Of a stretch of DNA of 64,000 bases, positions 36,513-48,913 are shown one piece after another (within the stretch, counting starts at the first letter, position 1; each line of letters opens with the position of its first letter). Both the position numbers and the translations under genes were made by a program. Under the pieces are notes generated by a model, which did no database searches, was not told the DNA's origin, and saw only the letters and a program-made list of their open reading frames with translations. Origin of the DNA: Eledone cirrhosa (taxonomy: Eukaryota); assembly GCA_964016885.1 (NCBI GenBank), contig OZ024743.1, positions 130,820,001 to 130,884,000 of the forward strand, given 5' to 3'.

Positions 36513-39500
36513 TGTTTGGTGCTTGGTGCTTGTGGTTTGGTGTTTGGTGCTTGGTGCTTGGTGTTTGGTGCTTGGTGCTTGGTGTTTGGTGCTTGGTGTT
36601 TGCTGTTTGCTGTTTGGTGTCTGCTTTTTGGTGTTTGGTGTTTGGTGTTTGGTGTTTCCTGTTTGGTCTTTAGTCTTTGGTGCTTGGTGTTTGGTGCTTG
36701 GTGCTTGGGGTTTGGTGTTTGGTTCTTGGTGCTTGGTGTTTTGTGCTTGGTGCTTGGTGCTTGTTGTTTGGTGATTGGTGTTGGTGCTTGGTGTTTGGTG
36801 TTTGGTGCTTGGGGCTTGGTGCTTGGTGCTGCGTGCTTGGTGCTTGGTGCTTGGTGCTTGGTGTTTTGTGTTTGGTGTTTGATGCTTGGTGTTTGGTGTT
36901 TGGTGTTTGGTGCTTGGTGTTTGGTGTTTGGTGTTTGGTGCTTGGTGCTTGGTGTTTGATGCTTGGTGCTTGATGCTTGGTGCTTGGTGTTTGGTGCTTG
37001 GTGTTTGTACTTGGTGCTTGGTGCTTGGTGTTTGGTGCTTGGTGTTTGGTGCTTGCTGTTTGGTGTTTGCTGTTTGCTGTTTGCTGTTTGCTGTTTGGTG
37101 TTTGCTGTTTGGTGTTTGGTGTTTGCTGTTTGGTGTTTGGTGCTTGCTGTTGGGTGCTTGGTGTTTGGTGCTTGGTGCTTACTGTTTGGTGTTTGGTGTT
37201 TGGTGCTTGGTGCTTGGGGCTTGGTGTTTGGTGCTTGGTGCTTGGTGCTTGGTGTTTGGTGTTTGGTGCTTGGTGTTTGGTGCTTGGTGCTGGGTGTTTG
37301 GTGCTTGGTGTTTGGTTCATGGTGCTTGGTGCTTGGTGTTTGTCGCTTGGTGCTTGGTGCTTGGTGTTTGGTGCTTGGTATTTGGTGATTGGTGCTTGGT
37401 GTTTGGTGTTTGGTGCTTCGTGCTTGGTGTTTGGTGTTTGGTGCTTGGTGTTTGGTGTTTGGTTCTGGGTGCTTGGTGTTTGGTGCTTGGAGTTTGGTGC
37501 TTGTTGCTTGGTGTTTGGTGTTTGCTGTTTGATGCTTGGTGTTTGATGCTTGGTGCTTGGTGCTTGGTGTTTGGTGCTTGGTGTTTGTACTTGGTGTTTG
37601 GTGCTTGGTGTTTTGTGCTTGGTTCTTGGTGTTTGGTGTTTGGTGCTTGGTGCTTGGTGCTTGGTGTTAGGTGTTTGGTGCTTGGTGCTTGGTGCTTGGT
37701 GTTTGTTCCTTGGTGCTTGGTGTTTAGTGCTTGGTGCTTGGTGTTTGTTGTTTGGTGTTTTCTGCTTGCTGCTTGGTGTTTGGTGCTTGGTGCTTGGTGC
37801 TTGGTGTTTGGTGTTTGGTGCTAGGTGCTTGGTGTTTGGTGTTTGGTGTTTGGTGTTTGATGCTTGGTGTTTGGTGCTTGGTGTTTGGTGTTTGGTGTTT
37901 GGTGTTTGGTGCTTGGTGCTTGGGGCTTGGTGTTTGGTGCTTGGTGCTTGGTGCTGGGTGGTTGGTATTTGGTGCTTGGTGCTTGGTGTTTAGTGCTTGG
38001 TGCTTGGTGCTTGGTGTTTGGTGCTTGGTGCTTGGTGCTTGGGGTTTGGTGTTTGGTGCTTGGTACTTGGTGTTTGGTGCTTGGTATTTGGTGTTTGCTG
38101 TTTGGTGTTTGGTGTTTGGTGTATGCTGTTTGGTGTCTGCTTTTTGGTGTTTGGTGTTTGCTGTATGGTGTTTGCTGTTTGGTGTTTGGTGTTTGCTGTT
38201 TTGTGTTTGGTGTTTGCTGTTTGGTCTTTGGTCTTTGGTGCTTGGTGTTTGGTGCTTGGTGCTTGGTGTTTGGTGTTTGGTGCTTGGTGTTTGGTGTTTG
38301 GTGCTTGGTGCTTGGTGTTTGGTGTTTGGTGTTTGGTGCTTGGTGTTTGGTGTTTGGTGTTTGGTGCTTGGTGCTTGGTGTTTGGTGTTTCGTGTTTGGT
38401 GTTTGGTGCTTGTTGCTTGGTGCTTGGTGCTTGGTGTTTGGTGCTTGGTGCTTGGTGTTTGGTGCTTGGTGCTTGGTGTTTGGTGCTTGGTGCTTGGTGC
38501 TTGGTGTTTGGTGTTTGGTGTTATATGCTTGGTGCTTGGTGCTTGGTGTTTGGTGCTTGGTGCTTGGTGTGTGGTGCTTGTTGCTTGGTACTTGGTGCTT
38601 GGTGTTTGGTGCTTGGTGCTTGGTGTTTGGTGCTTGGTGCTTGGTGCTTGGTGTTTGGTGCTTGGTGCTTGGTGCTTGGTGTTTGGTGCTTGGTGTTTGG
38701 TGTTTGGTGTTTGGTGCTTGGTGCTTGGTGTTTGGTGCTTGGTGCTTGCTGTTTGGTGTTTCGTGTTTCGTGTTTGGTGCTTGTTGCTTGGTGCTTGGTG
38801 CTTGGTGCTTGGTGCTTGGTGCTTGGTGTTTGGTGTTTGGTGCTTGGTGCTTGGTGTTTGGTGTTTGGTGTTATATGCTTGGTGTTTGATGCTTGGTGCT
38901 TGGTGCTTGGTGTTTGGTGCTTGGTGCTTGGTGTTTGTACTTGGTGCTTGGTGCTTGGTTCTTGGTGTTTGGTGCTTGGTGCTTGGTGATTGGTGCTTGG
39001 TGCTTGGTGTTTGGTGCTTGGTGTTTGGTGCTTGGTGCTTGGTGTTTGGTGTCTGGTGCTTGGTGTTTGGTGCTTGGTACTTGGTGCTTGGTGCTTGGTG
39101 TTAGGTGTTTGGTGCTTGGTGCTTGGTGTTTGGTTTTTGGTGTTTGGTGCTTGGTGTTTGGTGTTTGGTGCTTGCTGCTGGCTGCTTGGTGTTTGGTGCT
39201 TGGTGATTGGTGCTTGGTGTTTGGTGCTTGGTGTTTGGTGTTTGGTACTAGGTGCTTGGTGCTTGGTGTTTGGTGCTTGGTGCTTGGTGTCTGGTGTTTG
39301 GTGTTTGGTGCTTGGTGCTTGGTGTTTGGTGCTTGGTCTTTGGTGCTTGGTGTTTGGTGCTTGGTGCTTGGTGTTTGGTGCTTAGTGCTTGGTGATTAGT
39401 GTTTGGTGCTTGGTGCTTGTGGTTTGGTGTTTGGTGCTTGGTGCTTGGTGTTTGGTGCTTGGTGCTTGGTGTTTGGTGCTTGGTGTTTGGTTTTTGCTGT

Positions 39501-42260
39501 TTGCTGTTTGCTGTTTGGTGTTTGCTGTTTACTGTTTGGTGTCTGCTTTTTGGTGTTTGGTGTTTGCTGTATGGTGTTTGCTGTTTCGTGTTTATTGTTT
39601 GCTGTTTGGTGTTTGGTGTTTGGTGTTTCCTGTTTGGTCTTTAGTCTTTGGTGCTTGGTGTTTGGTGCTTGGTGCTTGGTGTTTGGTGCTTGGTGGTTGG
39701 TGCTTGTTGTTTGGTGATTGGTGCTTGGTGTTTGGTGGTTGGTGCTTGGGGCTTGGTGTTTGGTGCTGCGTGCTTGGTGTTTGGTGTTTGGTGTTTGGTG
39801 CTTGGTGCTTGGTGTTTGGTGTTTGATGCTTGGTGCTTGATGCTTGGTGCTTGGTGCTTGGTGTTTGGTGCTTGGTGCTTGGTGATTGTACTTGGTGCTT
39901 GGTGCTTGGTGTTTGGTGCTTGGTGTTTGGTGCTTGGTGTTTGGTGTTTGCTCTTTGCTGTTTGGTGTTTGGTGTTTGGTGTTTGGTGTTTGGTGTTTGG
40001 TGTTTGCTGTTTGGTGTTTGTTGTTTGGTGCTTGGTGTTTGGTGCTTGGTGCTTGGTGTTTGGTGTTTGGTGTTTGGTGCTTGGTGCTTGGGGTTTGGTG
40101 TTTGGTGCTTGGTGCTTGGTGCTTGGTGTTTGGTGTTTGGTGCTTGGTGTTTGGTGCTGGGTGCTTGGTGCTGGGTGTTTGGTGCTTGGTGCTTGGTGTT
40201 TGGTGCATGGTGCTTGGTTTTTGGTGTTTGTCGCTTGATGCTTGGTGCTTGGTGTTTGGTGCTTGGTGTTTGGTGTTTGGTGCTTGGTGCTTGGTGTTTG
40301 GTGTTTGGTGCTTGATGTTTGGTGTTTGGTGCTTGGTGCTTGGTGTTTGTTGCTTGGTACTTGGTGCATGGTGTTTGATGCTTGGTGTTTGATGCTTGGT
40401 GCTTGGTGTTTGGTGCTTGGTGTTTGTACTTGGTGCTTGGTGCTTGGTGTTTTGTGCTTGGTTCTTGGTGTTTGGTGTTTGGCGCTTGGTGCTTGGTGTT
40501 AGGTGTTTGGTGCTTGGTGCTTGGTGTTTGGTGTTTGGTCCTTGGTGCTTGGTGTTTAGTGCTTGGTGCTTGGTGTTTTTTGTTTGGTGCTTTCTGCTTG
40601 CTGCTTGGTGTTTGGTGCTTGGTGATTGGTGCTTGGTGTTTGGTGCTTGGTGCTTGGTGTTTGGTGTTTGGTGCTAGGTGCTTGGTGTTTGGTGTTTGGT
40701 GTTTGGTGCTTGGTGTTTGGTGCTTGGTACTTGGGGCTTGGTGTTTGGTGCTTGGTGCTTGGTGTTTGGTGTTTGGTGCTTGGGGCTTGGTGTTTGGTGT
40801 TGCGTGCTTGGTGCTTGGTGCTTGGTGTTTTGTGTTTGGTGTTTGATGCTTGGTGTTTGGTGTTTGGTGTTTGGTGCTTGGTGTTTGGTGTTTGGTGTTT
40901 GGTGCTTGGTGCTTGGTGTTTGATGCTTGGTGCTTGATGCTTGGTGCTTGGTGTTTGGTGCTTGGTGTTTGTACTTGGTGCTTGGTGCTTGGTGTTTGGT
41001 GCTTGGTGTTTGGTGCTTGGTGTTTGGTGTTTGCTGTTTGCTGTTTGCTGTTTGCTGTTTGGTGTTTGCTGTTTGGTGTTTGCTGTTTGGTGTTTGGTGC
41101 TTGCTGTTGGGTGTTTGGTGTTTGGTGCTTGCTGCTTAGTGTTTGGTGTTTGGTGTTTGGTGCTTGGTGCTTGGGGCTTGGTGTTTGGTGCTTGGTGCTT
41201 GGTGCTTGGTGTTTGGTGTTTGGTGCTTGGTGCTTGGTGCTGGGTGTTTGGTGCTTGGTGTTTGGTGCATGGTGCTTGGTGCTTGGTGTTTGTCGCTTGG
41301 TGCTTGGTGCTTGGTGTTTGGTGCTTGGTGCTTGGTGTTTGGTGTTTGGTGCTTGGTGCTTGGTGTTTGGTGTTTGGTGCTTGGTGTTTGGTGTTTGGTG
41401 CTTGGTGCTTGGTGTTTGTTGCTTGGTACTTGGTGCATGGTGTTTGGTACTGTGTGCTTGGTGTTTGGTGCTTGGTGTTTGGTGCTTAGTGCTTGGTGTT
41501 TGGTGTTTGGTGTTTGATGCTTGGTGTTTGATGCTTGGTGCTTGGTGCTTGGTGTTTGGTGCTTGGTGTTTGTACTTGGTGTTTGGTGCTTGGTGTTTTG
41601 TGCTTGGTTCTTGGTGTTTGGTGTTTGGTGCTTGGTGCTTGGTGCTTGGTGTTAGGTGTTTAGTGCTTGGTGCTTGGTGTTTGTTGTTTGGTGTTTTCTG
41701 CTTGCTGCTTGGTGTTTGGTGCTTGGTGTTTGGTGCTAGGTGCTTGGTGTTTGGTGTTTGGTGTTTGGTGTTTGATGCTTGGTGTTTGGTGCTTGGTGTT
41801 TGGTGTTTGGTGCTTGGTGCTTGGGGCTTGGTGTTAGGTGCTTGGTGCTTGGTGCTTGGTACTTGGTGTTTGCTGCTTGGTGTTTGGTGTTTGGTCTTTG
41901 GTGCTTGGTGCTTGGTGTTTGGTGCTTGGTGCTTGGTGCTGGGTGGTTGGTATTTGGTGCTTGGTGCTTGGTGTTTGGTGCTTGGTGCTTGGTGCTTGGT
42001 GTTTAGTGCTTGGTGCTTGGTGCTTGGTCTTTGGTGCTTGGTGTTTGGTGCTTGGTGCTTGGTGCTTGGTGTTTGTTGCTTGGGGTTTAGTGTTTGGTGC
42101 TTGGTGCTTGGGGTTTGGTGTTTGGTGCTTGGTACTTGGTGTTTGGTGCTTGGTGTTTGGTGTTTGGTGTTTGGTGTTTGGTGTATGCTGTTTGGTGTCT
42201 GCTTTTTGGTGTTTGGTGTTTGCTGTATGGTGTTTGCTGTTTGGTGTTTGGTGTTTGCTG

Positions 42261-45200
42261 TTTTGTGTTTGGTGTTTGCTGTTTGGTCTTTGGTGCTTGG
42301 TGTTTGGTGCTTGGTGCTTGGTGTTTGGTGTTTGGTGCTTGGTGTTTGGTGTTTGGTGCTTGGTGCTTGGTGCTTGGTGTTTGGTGTTTGGTGCTTGGTG
42401 TCTGGTGCTTGGTGTTTGGTGTTTGGTGTTTGGTGCTTGGTGTTTGGTGTTTGGTGTTTGGTGCTTGGTGCTTGGTGTTTGGTGTTTGGTGTTTGGTGTT
42501 TGGTGCTTGTTGCTTGGTGCTTGGTGCTTGGTGTTTGGTGCTTGGTGCTTGGTGTTTGGTGCTGGGTGCGTGGTGTTTGGTGCTTGGTGCTTGGTGCTTG
42601 GTGTTTGGTGTTTGGTGCTTGGTGCTTGGTGTTTGGTGTTTGGTGTTATATGCTTGGTGTTTGATGCTTGGTGCTTGGTGCTTGGTGTTTGGTGCTTGGT
42701 GCTTGGTGTTTGGTGCTGGGTGCGTGGTGTTTGGTGCTTGGTGTTTGGTGCTTGGTGCTTGGTGTTTGGTGCTTGGTGTTTGGTGCTTGGTGTTTGGTGC
42801 TTGGTGCCTGGTGCTTGGTGCTTGGTGCTTGGTATTTGGTGCTTGGTGTTTCGTGCTTGGTGTTAGGTGTTTGGTGCTTGGTGCTTGGTGTTTGGTGCTT
42901 GGTGTTTGGTGCTTGGTGCTTGGTGTTTGGTGTTTGGTGCTTGGTGTTTGGTGCTTGGTACTTGGTGCTTGGTGCTTGGTGTTAGGTGTCTGGTGCTTGG
43001 TGCTTGGTGTTTGGTTTTTGGTGCTTGGTGCTTGGTGTTTGGTGTCTGGTGCTTGCTGCTGGCTGCTTGGTGTTTGGTGCTTGGTGATTGGTGCTTGGTG
43101 TTTGGTGCTTGGTGTTTGGTGTTTGGTACTAGGTGCTTGGTGCTTGGTGTTTGGTGCTTGGTGCTTGGTGTCTGGTGTTTGGGGTTTGGTGCTTGGTGCT
43201 TGGTGTTTGGTGCTTGGTCTTTGGTGCTTGGTGTTTGGTGCTTGGTGCTTGGTGTTTGGTGCTTGGTGCTTGGTGATTAGTGTTTGGTGCTTGGTGCTTG
43301 TGGTTTGGTGTTTGGTGCTTGGTGCTTGGTGTTTGGTGCTTGGTGCTTGGTGTTTGGTGCTTGGTGTTTGGTTTTTGCTGTTTGCTGTTTGGTGTTTGGT
43401 ATCTGCTTTTTGGTGTTTGGTGTTTGCTGTATGGTGTTTGCTGTTTCGTGTTTATTGTTTGCTGTTTGGTGTTTGGTGTTTGGTGTTTCCTGTTTGGTCT
43501 TTAGTCTTTGGTGCTTGGTGTTTGGTGCTTGGTGCTTGGTGTTTGGTGCTTGGTGATTGGTGCTTGTTGTTCGCTGATTGGTGCTTGGTGTTTGGTGGTT
43601 GGTGCTTGGGGCTTGGTGTTTGGTGCTGCGTGCTTGGTGCTTGGTGCTTGGTGTTTTGTGTTTGGTGTTTGGTGCTTGGTGCTTGGTGTTTGGTGTTTGA
43701 TGCTTGGTGCTTGATGCTTGGTGCTTGGTGCTTGGTGTTTGGTGCTTGGTGCTTGGTGATTGTACTTGGTGCTTGGTGCTTGGTGTTTGGTGCTTGGTGT
43801 TTGGTGCTTGGTGTTTGGTGTTTGCTCTTTGCTGTATGGTGTTTGGTGTTTGCTGCTTGGTGTTTGGTGTTTGGTGTTTGCTGTTTGGTGTTTGCTGTTT
43901 GGTGCTTGGTGTTTGGTGTTTGGTGCTTGGTGCTTGGGGCTTGGTGTTTGGTGCTTGTTGCTTGGTGCTTGGTGTTTGGTGTTTGGTGCTTGGTGTTTGG
44001 TGCTTGGTGCTTGGTGCTGGGTGTTTGGTGCTTGGTGCTTGGTGTTTGGTGCATGGTGCTTGGTTTTTGGTGTTTGTCGCTTGATGCTTGGTGCTTGGTG
44101 TTTGGTGCTTGGTGTTTGGTGTTTTGTGCTTGGTGCTTGGTATTTGGTGTTTGGTGCTTGATGTTTGGTGTTTGGTGCTTGGTGCTTGGTGTTTGTTGCT
44201 TGGTACTTGGTGCATGGTGTTTGATGCTTGGTGTTTGATGCTTGCTGCTTGGTGTTTGGTGCTTGGTGTTTGTACTTGGTGCTTGGTGCTTGGTGTTTTG
44301 TGCTTGTTTGTTGGTGTTTGGTGCTTGGCGCTTGGTGCTTGGTGTTAGGTGTTTGGTGCTTGGTGCTTGGTGTTTGGTGTTTGGTCCTTGGTGCTTGGTG
44401 TTTAGTGCTTGCTGCTTGGTGTTTGGTGCTTGGTGATTGGTGCTTGGTGTTTGGTGCTTGGTGCTTGGTGTTTGGTGTTTGGTGCTAGGTGCTTGGTGTT
44501 TGGTGTCTGGTGTTTCGTGCTTGGTGTTTGGTGTTTGGTGCTTCATGCTTGGGGCTTGGTGTTTGGTGCTAGGTGCTTGGTGCTTGGTGCTTGGTGTTTG
44601 GTGCTTGGTGTTTGGTGCTTGGTACTTGGGGCTTGGTGTTTGGTGCTTGGTGCTTGGTGTTTGGTGCTTGGTGCTTGGTGTTTGGTGTTTGGTGCTTGGT
44701 GCTTGGTGCTGGGTGGTTGGTGTTTGGTGCTTGGTGCTTGGTGTTTGGTGCTTGGTGCTTGGTGCTTGGTGTTTGGTGCTTGGTGCTTGGTGCTTGGTCT
44801 TTGGTGCTTGGTGTTTGGTGTTTGGTGTTTGGTGCTTGGTGCTTGGTGTTTGGTGCTTGGTGCTTGGTGATTAGTGTTTGGTGCTTGGTGCTTGTGGTTT
44901 GGTGTTTGGTGCTTGGTGCTTGGTGTTGGGTGCTTGGTGCTTGGTGTTTGGTGCTTGGTGTTTGGTTTTTGCTGTTTGGTGTTTGGTGTTTGGTGTTTGC
45001 TGTTTGTTGTTTGGTGTCTGCTTTTTGGTGTTTGGTGTTTGCTGTATGGTGTTTGCTGTTTCGTGTTTATTGTTTGCTGTTTGGTGTTTGGTGTTTGGTG
45101 TTTGGTGTTTCCTGTTTGGTCTTTAGTCTTTGGTGCTTGGTGTTTGGTGCTTGGTGCTTGGTGTTTGGTGCTTGGTGCTTGTTGTTTGGTGATTTGTGCT

Positions 45201-48200
45201 TGGTGCTTGGTGTTTGGTGTTTGGTGCTTGGGTCTAGGTGTTTGGTGCTATGTGGTTGGTGCTTGGTGCTTGGTGCTTGGTGTTTTGTGTTTGGTGTTTG
45301 ATGCTTGGTGTTTGGTGTTTGGTGTTTGGTGCTTGGTGCTTGGTGTTTGGTGTTTGATGCTTGGTGCTTGATGCTTGGTGCTTGGTGTTTGGTGCTTGTT
45401 GTTTGTACTTGGTGCTTGGTGCTTGGTGTTTGGTGCTTGGTGTTTGGTGCTTGGCGTTTGGTGTTTGCTGTTTGCTGTTTGCTGTTTGGTGTTTGCTGTT
45501 TGGTGTTTGGTGTTTGCTGTTTGGTGTTTGCTGTTTGGTGTTTGGTGCTTGCTGTTTGGTGCTTGGTGTTTGGTGCTTGGTGTTTGGTTTTTGGTGTTTG
45601 TTGTTTTGTGTTTGGTGTTTGCTGTTTGGTCTTTGGTGCTTGGTGTTTGGTGCTTGGTGCTTGGTGTTTGGTGTTTGGTGCTTGGTGTTTGGTGTTTGGT
45701 GCTTGGTGCTTGGTGCTTGGTGTTTGGTGTTTGGTGCTTGGTGTCTGGTGCTTGGTGTTTGGTGTTTGGTGTTTGGTGCTTGGTGTTTGGTGTTTGGTGT
45801 TTGGTGCTTAGTGCTTGGTGTTTGGTGTTTCGTGTTTGGTGTTTGGTGCTTGTTGCTTGGTGCTTGGTGCTTGGTGTTTGGTGCTTGGTGCTTGGTGTTT
45901 GGTGCTGGGTGCGTGGTGTTTGGTGCTTGGTGCTTGGTGCTTGGTGTTTGGTGTTTGGTGCTTGGTGCTTGGTGTTTGGTGTTTGGTGTTATATGCTTGG
46001 TGTTTGATGCTTGGTGCTTGGTGCTTGGTGTTTGGTGCTTGGTGCTTGGTGTTTGGTGCTGGGTGCGTGGTGTTTGGTGCTTGGTGTTTGGTGCTTGGTG
46101 CTTGGTGTTTGGTGCTTGGTGTTTGGTGCTTGGTGTTTGGTGCTTGGTGCCTGGTGCTTGGTGCTTGGTGCTTGGTATTTGGTGCTTGGTGTTTCGTGCT
46201 TGGTGTTAGGTGTTTGGTGCTTGGTGCTTGGTGTTTGGTGCTTGGTGTTTGGTGCTTGGTGCTTGGTGTTTGGTGTTTGGTGCTTGGTGTTTGGTGCTTG
46301 GTACTTGGTGCTTGGTGCTTGGTGTTAGGTGTCTGGTGCTTGGTGCTTGGTGTTTGGTTTTTGGTGCTTGGTGCTTGGTGTTTGGTGTTTGGTGCTTGCT
46401 GCTGGCTGCTTGGTGTTTGGTGCTTGGTGATTGGTGCTTGGTGTTTGGTGCTTGGTGTTTGGTGTTTGGTACTAGGTGCTTGGTGCTTGGTGTTTGGTGC
46501 TTGGTGCTTGGTGTCTGGTGTTTGGTGTTTGGTGCTTGGTGCTTGGTGTTTGGTGCTTGGTCTTTGGTGCTTGGTGTTTGGTGCTTGGTGCTTGGTGTTT
46601 GGTGCTTGGTGCTTGGTGATTAGTGTTTGGTGCTTGGTGCTTGTGGTTTGGTGTTTGGTGCTTGGTGCTTGGTGTTTGGTGCTTGGTGCTTGGTGTTTGG
46701 TGCTTGGTGTTTGGTTTTTGCTGTTTGCTGTTTGGTGTTTGGTGTTTGGTGTTTGCTGTTTGCTGTTTGGTATCTGCTTTTTGGTGTTTGGTGTTTGCTG
46801 TATGGTGTTTGCTGTTTGGTCTTTAGTCTTTGGTGCTTGGTGTTTGGTGCTTGGTGCTTGGTGTTTGGTGCTTGGTGATTGGTGCTTGTTGTTCGCTGAT
46901 TGGTGCTTGGTGTTTGGTGGTTGGTGCTTGGGGCTTGGTGTTTGGTGCTGCGTGCTTGGTGCTTGGTGCTTGGTGTTTTGTGTTTGGTGTTTGGTGCTTG
47001 GTGCTTGGTGTTTGGTGTTTGATGCTTGGTGCTTGATGCTTGGTGCTTGGTGCTTGGTGTTTGGTGCTTGGTGCTTGGTGATTGTACTTGGTGCTTGGTG
47101 CTTGGTGTTTGGTGCTTGGTGTTTGGTATTTGCTCTTTGCTGTATGGTGTTTGGTGTTTGCTGCTTGGTGTTTGGTGTTTGGTGTTTGCTGTTTGGTGTT
47201 TGCTGTTTGGTGCTTGGTGTTTGGTGTTTGGTGCTTGGTGCTTGGGGCTTGGTGTTTGGTGCTTGTTGCTTGGTGCTTGGTGTTTGGTGTTTGGTGCTTG
47301 GTGTTTGGTGCTTGGTGCTTGGTGCTGGGTGTTTGGTGCTTGGTGCTTGGTGTTTGGTGCATGGTGCTTGGTTTTTGGTGTTTGTCGCTTGATGCTTGGT
47401 GCTTGGTGTTTGGTGCTTGGTGTTTGGTGTTTTGTGCTTGGTGCTTGGTGTTTGGTGTTTGGTGCTTGATGTTTGGTGTTTGGTGCTTGGTGCTTGGTGT
47501 TTGTTGCTTGGTACTTGGTGCATGGTGTTTGATGCTTGGTGTTTGATGCTTGCTGCTTGGTGTTTGGTGCTTGGTGTTTGTACTTGGTGCTTGGTGCTTG
47601 GTGTTTTGTGCTTGTTTGTTGGTGTTTGGTGCTTGGCGCTTGGTGCTTGGTGTTAGGTGTTTGGTGCTTGGTGCTTGGTGTTTGGTGTTTGGTCCTTGGT
47701 GCTTGGTGTTTAGTGCTTGCTGCTTGGTGTTTGGTGCTTGGTGATTGGTGCTTGGTGTTTGGTGCTTGGTGCTTGGTGTTTGGTGTTTGGTGCTAGGTGC
47801 TTGGTGTTTGGTGTCTGGTGTTTGGTGCTTGGTGTTTGGTGTTTGGTGCTTCATGCTTGGGGCTTGGTGTTTGGTGCTAGGTGCTTGGTGCTTGGTGCTT
47901 GGTGTTTGGTGCTTGGTGTTTGGTGCTTGGTACTTGGGGCTTGGTGTTTGGTGCTTGGTGCTTGGTGTTTGGTGCTTGGTGCTTGGTGTTTGGTGTTTGG
48001 TGCTTGGTGCTTGGTGCTGGGTTGTTGGTGTTTGGTGCTTGGTGCTTGGTGTTTGGTGCTTGGTGCTTGGTGCTTGGTGTTTGGTGCTTGGTGCTTGGTG
48101 CTTGGTCTTTGGTGCTTGGTGTTTGGTGTTTGGTGTTTGGTGCTTGGTGCTTGGTGTTTGGTGCTTGGTGCTTGGTGATTAGTGTTTGGTGCTTGGTGCT

Positions 48201-48913
48201 TGTGGTTTGGTGTTTGGTGCTTGGTGCTTGGTGTTGGGTGCTTGGTGCTTGGTGTTTGGTGCTTGGTGTTTGGTTTTTGCTGTTTGGTGTTTGGTGTTTG
48301 GTGTTTGCTGTTTGTTGTTTGGTGTCTGCTTTTTGGTGTTTGGTGTTTGCTGTATGGTGTTTGCTGTTTCGTGTTTATTGTTTGCTGTTTGGTGTTTGGT
48401 GTTTGGTGTTTGGTGTTTCCTGTTTGGTCTTTAGTCTTTGGTGCTTGGTGTTTGGTGCTTGGTGCTTGGTGTTTGGTGCTTGGTGCTTGTTGTTTGGTGA
48501 TTTGTGCTTGGTGCTTGGTGTTTGGTGTTTGGTGCTTGGGTCTAGGTGTTTGGTGCTATGTGGTTGGTGCTTGGTGCTTGGTGCTTGGTGTTTTGTGTTT
48601 GGTGTTTGATGCTTGGTGTTTGGTGTTTGGTGTTTGGTGCTTGGTGCTTGGTGTTTGGTGTTTGATGCTTGGTGCTTGATGCTTGGTGCTTGGTGTTTGG
48701 TGCTTGTTGTTTGTACTTGGTGCTTGGTGCTTGGTGTTTGGTGCTTGGTGTTTGGTGCTTGGCGTTTGGTGTTTGCTGTTTGCTGTTTGCTGTTTGGTGT
48801 TTGCTGTTTGGTGTTTGGTGTTTGCTGTTTGGTGTTTGCTGTTTGGTGTTTGGTGCTTGCTGTTTGGTGCTTGGTGTTTGGTGCTTGGTGTTTGGTTTTT
48901 GGTGTTTGTTGTT
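42261..48913 (+). repeat. ~3.3-kb tandem duplication (42,261-45,603 and 45,604-48,913)
   Basis: Offsets 3,343 (42668->46011, 42867->46210) then 3,308 (44088->47396, 45305->48613). Shared private variants GGGTCTAGG, GCTATGTGG and TTCGCTGATT. Confidence 0.88.
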
